63,140 nucleotides of DNA, from assembly GCA_965242725.1 (NCBI GenBank), contig CBDESZ010000011.1, forward strand, positions 1 to 63,140, given 5' to 3'. The translations under genes were made by a program, and so were the position numbers. Shown piece by piece: positions 58,299 through 63,140 of the stretch. The DNA is from Alkalispirochaeta sp. GTDB taxonomy: Bacteria > Spirochaetota > Spirochaetia > DSM-27196 > Alkalispirochaetaceae. The notes beneath the pieces were generated by a model, which saw only the letters and a list, made by a program, of their open reading frames with translations, did not search any database and was not told the DNA's origin. Every line of letters starts with the position of its first letter. Within the stretch, counting starts at the first letter, position 1.

Positions 58299-58362
58299 TT
58301 GACATTATCCACAACCGGGCTGAATATGGTTTATATCGATTATCGATTACCGATAATCAATT
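58299..58362 (+). promoter_or_regulatory. Promoter with extended operator copy 6
   Basis: TTGACA at 58299; ATCGATT ATCGATT ACCGATA ATCAATT at 58335-58362. Confidence 0.75.
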
Positions 58363-58489
58363 TACTATTGGTCTTTGGTTCAATCGTGGTTGCATTCGTA
58401 AATAGCTGAAAAAGGAGGTTTTCGGGAGGTCTAGGACGTATTCACCGCAAGAATCGAGGTCAGTTTCAGATTTATTCAGGGAGGTGTAT

Positions 58490-59790
58490 ATGAAATCAAT
58501 CAGAAAATCTATTTTGGTTGGGTTGGGTGTCCTTTTGATGACGGCCGTGGTATTTGCCGGTGGTCAGGGGGAATCAGGTGATCAGGCGGCTGGACCGATC
58601 AAAGTCGGTCACTTGACGTATCATACCGGCGCTTTTGCGGATGTAGGCCCGTGGTTTGACGGTATCACTGAAGTTACCATTCAGATGATAAACGAAGACC
58701 CTCCGCTCGGTCGACCTCTGACCGCAATTCATCAGGATATTGGTACAGTTGGTGAAGCTCAGGCTGCGCGAAAACTGGTCGAACGAGACCGTGTACAGGT
58801 CCTGCTTAACCCGGCACACGAGTACATTTCTTATCGGGACTGGATGCTCCTGTGGCAAAAAGACAATAACGGCCCCTTAATGCCCTCAGTCCACGGTGGT
58901 GGTATCCGGGGTGATATCGGCGGATCCCCTGATGAACCGATTATGCGGGGAGCCCCGATGGATTCCGGACAAGCCGTGGCAGCAGTTATCAAGGCGAAAG
59001 ACGAAGGTTCACAGCGAGTGGTCATCGTGGCGAGTGAAATCGAAGGTAGCCAGATGCAGCTTGCGGCGGCACTTCATGCCGCAGATGAGATCGGATTGAA
59101 TGTAATCGACTCATTCAGTTTTCAACCGGAGCTCGCCTCCTATAGATCAGAAGTAGCGAGAATTGCCCAGTCCAACCCCGATACGGTATTGGTTTTCAGC
59201 CAGGCGCAGGATGGCGGTACGATCGTCAAACAAGCGGCTGAATCGGGTCTCTCAGTCCTTATCATAGGGACAACCGAGTGGCTTGGTGAAGCGTTTCCCG
59301 ACACCGCGACCTATGACGCGATGGCGCAACACAAGAACGTCTGGATTTCCGGTTTCAGTTATGTTGAAGGTCCCGCGTACGATTTCTACGAACCGTATTG
59401 GACGGAATCTGAATATGCTGATCTTCAACCGGCATCCAACTCCTACAACATCCAGTACTGGGACGTCCTGACGGTCACGGCTCTGGCAATCGAGTTGGCC
59501 GGCTCCCTGGATGCCAACGATTGGGTCCCGGCGGTTCGTTCGGTCCTCAATGCCTCCTGGTCGCAAAGTCTACACCTATCCGGAAGCATTGGCGGCAATC
59601 CGGGCGGGAGAAGAGATCGATTACGATGGTCCCCACAGGGCGTATTTGAGTACGGTCCTACCGGCATGGTTTCCGGTCTCTACGGCGTTTTTTGAATGGC
59701 GCCCGGGACACGAACTGGCGGAAGTGGCGCGAGTCGACGGACAACGCGTACTCCAACTGGACCAGGGGTGTATATTAATACTCCTTCGTA
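58490..59790 (+). CDS. Branched-chain-type ABC substrate-binding protein, several frameshifts in the 3' end (end approximate)
   Basis: Signal FAGGQGE; PPLGRPL, SYRSEV; C-terminal parts alternate between ORFs 58484 and 59511 (PPGRKVYTY..AL.AIRAGEEIDYDG). Confidence 0.82.
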
Positions 59791-59820
59791 ACGTAATCGT
59801 CAGTTTCTATAATGACGTGC

Positions 59821-59852
59821 AAGGTAGCCTCCGTTGGAGGCTACCTTTTTTT
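59821..59852 (+). terminator. Rho-independent terminator
   Basis: AAGGTAGCCTCC-GTT-GGAGGCTACCTT followed by a T-run. Confidence 0.85.
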
Positions 59853-59915
59853 GCGTCTATCCGGTGAGCAATTGTAGATGGGATGTGTGGGATGTGTGGA
59901 ATCGAATAAGACGTA

Positions 59916-60609
59916 TTAGATACGGTATCCTTCTATAACCGTTTCCAATGAGCAGTTGGTGGCGTCATCAATCATGAAGATCTTCCCCAGACTCAGTATC
60001 ATCACACGGTCGGATATCTCAAGGGCTTTGGCGGCATTTTGCTCTGCAAGCATGACGCTTACGTTTTTCTTTTCGTGAATTTCCTTGATTTTCTCAAAAA
60101 AATTATCGACGTACAGCGGTGACAACCCGGAGGTGGGCTCGTCCAGAAGCAGCAGCGCCGGGTCCTGCATCAGCGCCCGACCGACGGCAACCATTTGCGC
60201 TTCTCCCCCGCTGAGGGTGCCGGCTTTTTGATTCAGGCGCGCTACAATATCAGGAAACAGTTCATAGACCTCTTCCAGTCGTTCCTGTTTCGGTCGTTTT
60301 CCTACAAGGCTTCCGATCGAAAGGTTTTCGGAAACGGAGAGATCGGGGAAAATGTGATATTCCTGCGGAACCATCGCCAGGACCCCTGGCCGCGAGCATA
60401 TGCGATTCGACATTTGTTACATCTTCGCCACGAAAATGGATTTCGCCGCTTTTCAACGGCAGTAATCGGGCGATCGTTTTCATAAGCGTACTCTTCCCGG
60501 CGCCGTTTGCACCAAGTACGGCGTAAATCTCGTGCTTAACCTCAAATGTCAAATTATGAAGAACAGTCACTTCACCGTAGCCGCTGGAAATTTCGTTTAC
60601 ACTAAACAT
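59916..60609 (-). CDS. livF: LivF-type ABC ATP-binding protein, frameshifted at ~60385
   Basis: GANGAGKST in ORF 60262-60609; LSGGEAQM, LDEPTSGL, AEQN in ORF 59916-60413. Confidence 0.85.
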
Positions 60610-60611
60610 GG

Positions 60612-61370
60612 CTCTTACCTATATATTTTTCTACTACCGTCTCGTGACTTCGAATTTCATCCACCGTCCCTTGTATCTGAATTTCGCCCTCCGCCATAAA
60701 ATGGACATACTCGGAAAACATTCCAGATCAAGTCCAGATCGTGTTCGACAATGAGAATAGACATTCCTTCTTTGGCCTTCTGCTTCATCAACTCCATCAC
60801 CTTTTCCGTCTGGTCAATCGGCAATCCGACGGTCGGTTCATCCATGAGAAGAAATTTCGGCTTCAGGAGAAGACAACGGATGATATCGAGTAATTTTTTC
60901 TCTCCTGCTGAAAGGGCATTACCTTGTGGGTCCTCAAATCGGAAATAGTCGAGGTAATACGCTATCTCATCCTTCACTTCCCCGCGCAGTCGGTCGTCTG
61001 CTTTGCCGAGTCTCCAGAAGTGCTCGTACTTCTCAGACGCCAGAGATAGGAGCATGGAATCCATAATACTCAGATTGACAAAATCCTGAATTATCTGGGT
61101 TGTCCGTATTACGCCGAGTCGTGCTATCTCGTCCAGGCTGTACGCCGAAACATCGATATCTTCACCATTTTCACAGAAGATGACCTGTCCGGTATCGGGA
61201 GTGAGTTTACGCGTAATGACGCTCATCAACGTCGTCTTTCCCGCCCCGTTTGGTCCTATGAGTCCTTCGATACCGTGCCGACCCAACGTCAGCTCAGGAA
61301 TGTTGACAACCTTCCTGCCGCTGAAACTCTTGGTGACATTCTTTATTTGGAGTTTTCCATCGCTTTTCAA
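60612..61370 (-). CDS. livG: LivG-type ABC ATP-binding protein, frameshifted C-terminus (end approximate)
   Basis: GPNGAGKTT, LSAGEKK, MDEPTVGL, IVEHD. Confidence 0.83.
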
Positions 61371-61387
61371 TTATGCACCCCTCTCAA

Positions 61388-62289
61388 TCAGGACTCGGTC
61401 TGTTGTCGCGACCGATGCGTACCACCAAGAATACCCATTGGTCTGAACATAAAGACCAGGATCAGCAGCAGCCCATACAGCATCAATTTTACGACCGGAA
61501 CGAGCTGTGCCGCCTCCGGTGGTATAGGAACAAAAGTCTCTATGAGAATGTCAAAGATGCCGACCGTAACGACCGCGCCGATCATCCCGCCCAGGACATG
61601 CCGCCGTCCACCAAGCACCAGCGCGATCCAGACGGTAAAGGTCACACCCGGACCAACCATGCGGGGTACGAGAAAATGGACGCCGCCGGCATTAAGGGCA
61701 CCGAGAAGACCGATGACCGTAGACGTAGCGGTGAAGAACACCAATTTCTCGCGTACGGTATACTTGCCGAGTCCCCGTGCCATAACCTCGTTATTCTGAA
61801 TCGCCAACAGAAGCCGGCCGTAGGGTGAGCGTTCCAATCGATGGGCATACCAGATCAAAGCACCGGTGGACGATGATCAAAATGAGTAAATACACGATAT
61901 CGGAATACCGTCCGACTTCAACAGGAAACGGAACAGAAACCGATCCCCACAACACCCTTGGTCAGCCATTTTCTCTGTGGTGATGAGGTACTGAATGATC
62001 GTCGCAAAACGCAAGCGTCGAAACGAGAATTGATTGCGGGTCGAGCTCCAGAATCATCTTTCCCAGCAGCCACGCCAGGACGCCGGTCATAATGGTCGCG
62101 GCGAGCAATGCCGGAAGATACGGCACATTGTACTGCAGGAGTAACACCGCGAAGGGCGTACATACCAAAGCCCCAGAATCCCACGAAACCGAAGTTCACA
62201 ATACCGACCACACCAAACTGAAGGTGAAGTACCGTTGCCATCGCGACGTACATAACCAGAATACTTATCGAAAATATGAAATAGGACAT
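61388..62289 (-). CDS. livM: LivM-type ABC permease, several frameshifts
   Basis: LQFGVVGIVNFG (62289 ORF); SPYGRLLLAI, ALVLGG, FRPMGILG (61858 ORF). Confidence 0.8.
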
Positions 62290-62292
62290 ACG

Positions 62293-63140
62293 TCAGCTCC
62301 GCACCTTCTTGTACTTCAAGATCACCATGAAGACGGCAAGGACGATGATCTGGCCGTACAACGGCTCGGTGATGAGCGTCATTCCCGCGACAACAATGCC
62401 TGCGGCAACACCGGTTGCCAGGGCGCCGCGAACGTTTCCCACGCCACCGACTATGGATATCATGATAATTATCAGGATCTGTCGCCATCCAAGGAGATAG
62501 TTCACAAACGAAAAACACGCCGAAGAAGACGCCCGCGAGGCCGCCCGAAACTCCCGCGATGAACCAGATCAGGATAGACACCTTGGTGGGATTGATTCCA
62601 CTCACACGGGCGAGTTCCTCGTTGTTCGCGAGGGCACGCATCATCTCCCCGTAATTTGTATGATAGATGAACAGATAGAGAGCTACCGCCGTCACCGCGA
62701 CCAGTACGAGCGCGACGACTTGCACGCTGGTTACACCGACTCCCAGAATATGGAGATACCGGGGAGCGGCACCTTCAAACTGGTAGAGCCGACTGCCGAA
62801 GAACAGTCGCGATCCATACCGAAGAAAGAAGGACAGTCCAACCGAGAGAATAATCATTTCCGTCGGACCGACGCCACGTCTGAGAGAGGGCCGGTATACC
62901 AGTAAATAGGTAATAACGCTGAGACAGCCGGTGAGCAGTGCCGCCGGTATGATTGAAGAATAGAACCCAAGCCCCAGGACCGTGTTAATCAGGACGGCAA
63001 AATACGCACCAAAGGTCAGATTTTCCGCAAACGCTACGTTTATAAAACCATTTAAATAATAGACAAGCGTGAATCCGGCCGCCGCGAGAATAAGCGGCGC
63101 CGCTTCGAAAAGTCCCAGAATCAAAGCATTTGAAATGAAC
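62293..63140 (-). CDS. livH: LivH-type ABC permease, frameshifted; start at or beyond the window edge
   Basis: GFTLVY..GFINVA, GEMMRALA..ELARVSGIN; C-terminus IVGGVGNVRGAL in ORF 62293-62505. Confidence 0.8.

Noticed and set aside
58305..58313. DnaA box TTATCCACA, possible origin
   Set aside because: Single box inside a promoter spacer, with no cluster or replication genes
41984..58362. ATCGAT clusters as mere ClaI sites or chance
   Set aside because: They are paired with fixed 1-bp spacing and sit consistently next to promoter -10 elements, so they were kept as an operator

Overview
Bacterial chromosomal window, most likely from a free-living spirochaete. This is inferred from the Spirochaetia-style 'FAxGxxE' N-termini of the solute-binding proteins and from the gene families present. 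It is dominated by transport and catabolic loci: (i) an alpha-glucoside ABC/LacI/glucosidase operon; (ii) a mixed block with decayed genes, an NlpC/P60-like protein and a degenerate adenylate cyclase; (iii) a LIV-type ABC operon bracketed by two paralogous cysteine hydrolases, plus AraC; (iv) a sigma-54-driven sugar operon encoding a close homologue of levoglucosan dehydrogenase, divergent from an NtrC-type regulator and an unusual ABC-ATPase-PAS-histidine kinase fusion; (v) a small accessory island with a RelE-type TA pair, an IS3-like remnant, two lower-GC cassette-like genes and an attC-like hairpin; (vi) a ~21 kb catabolic region for an unknown substrate, tied together by six copies of an ATCGATWATCGAT operator at its promoters. 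That last region encodes a Mo-hydroxylase, transketolase, transaldolase, a PEP-swivel phosphotransferase lacking its ATP-grasp domain, an HprK-like P-loop protein, a lactonase, a cupin, an MBL hydrolase, GntR and an ABC system. Homopolymer frameshifts become frequent near the right end and are probably sequencing errors. No rRNA, tRNA or CRISPR was seen. All family calls are from motif recognition by eye, with no database search.
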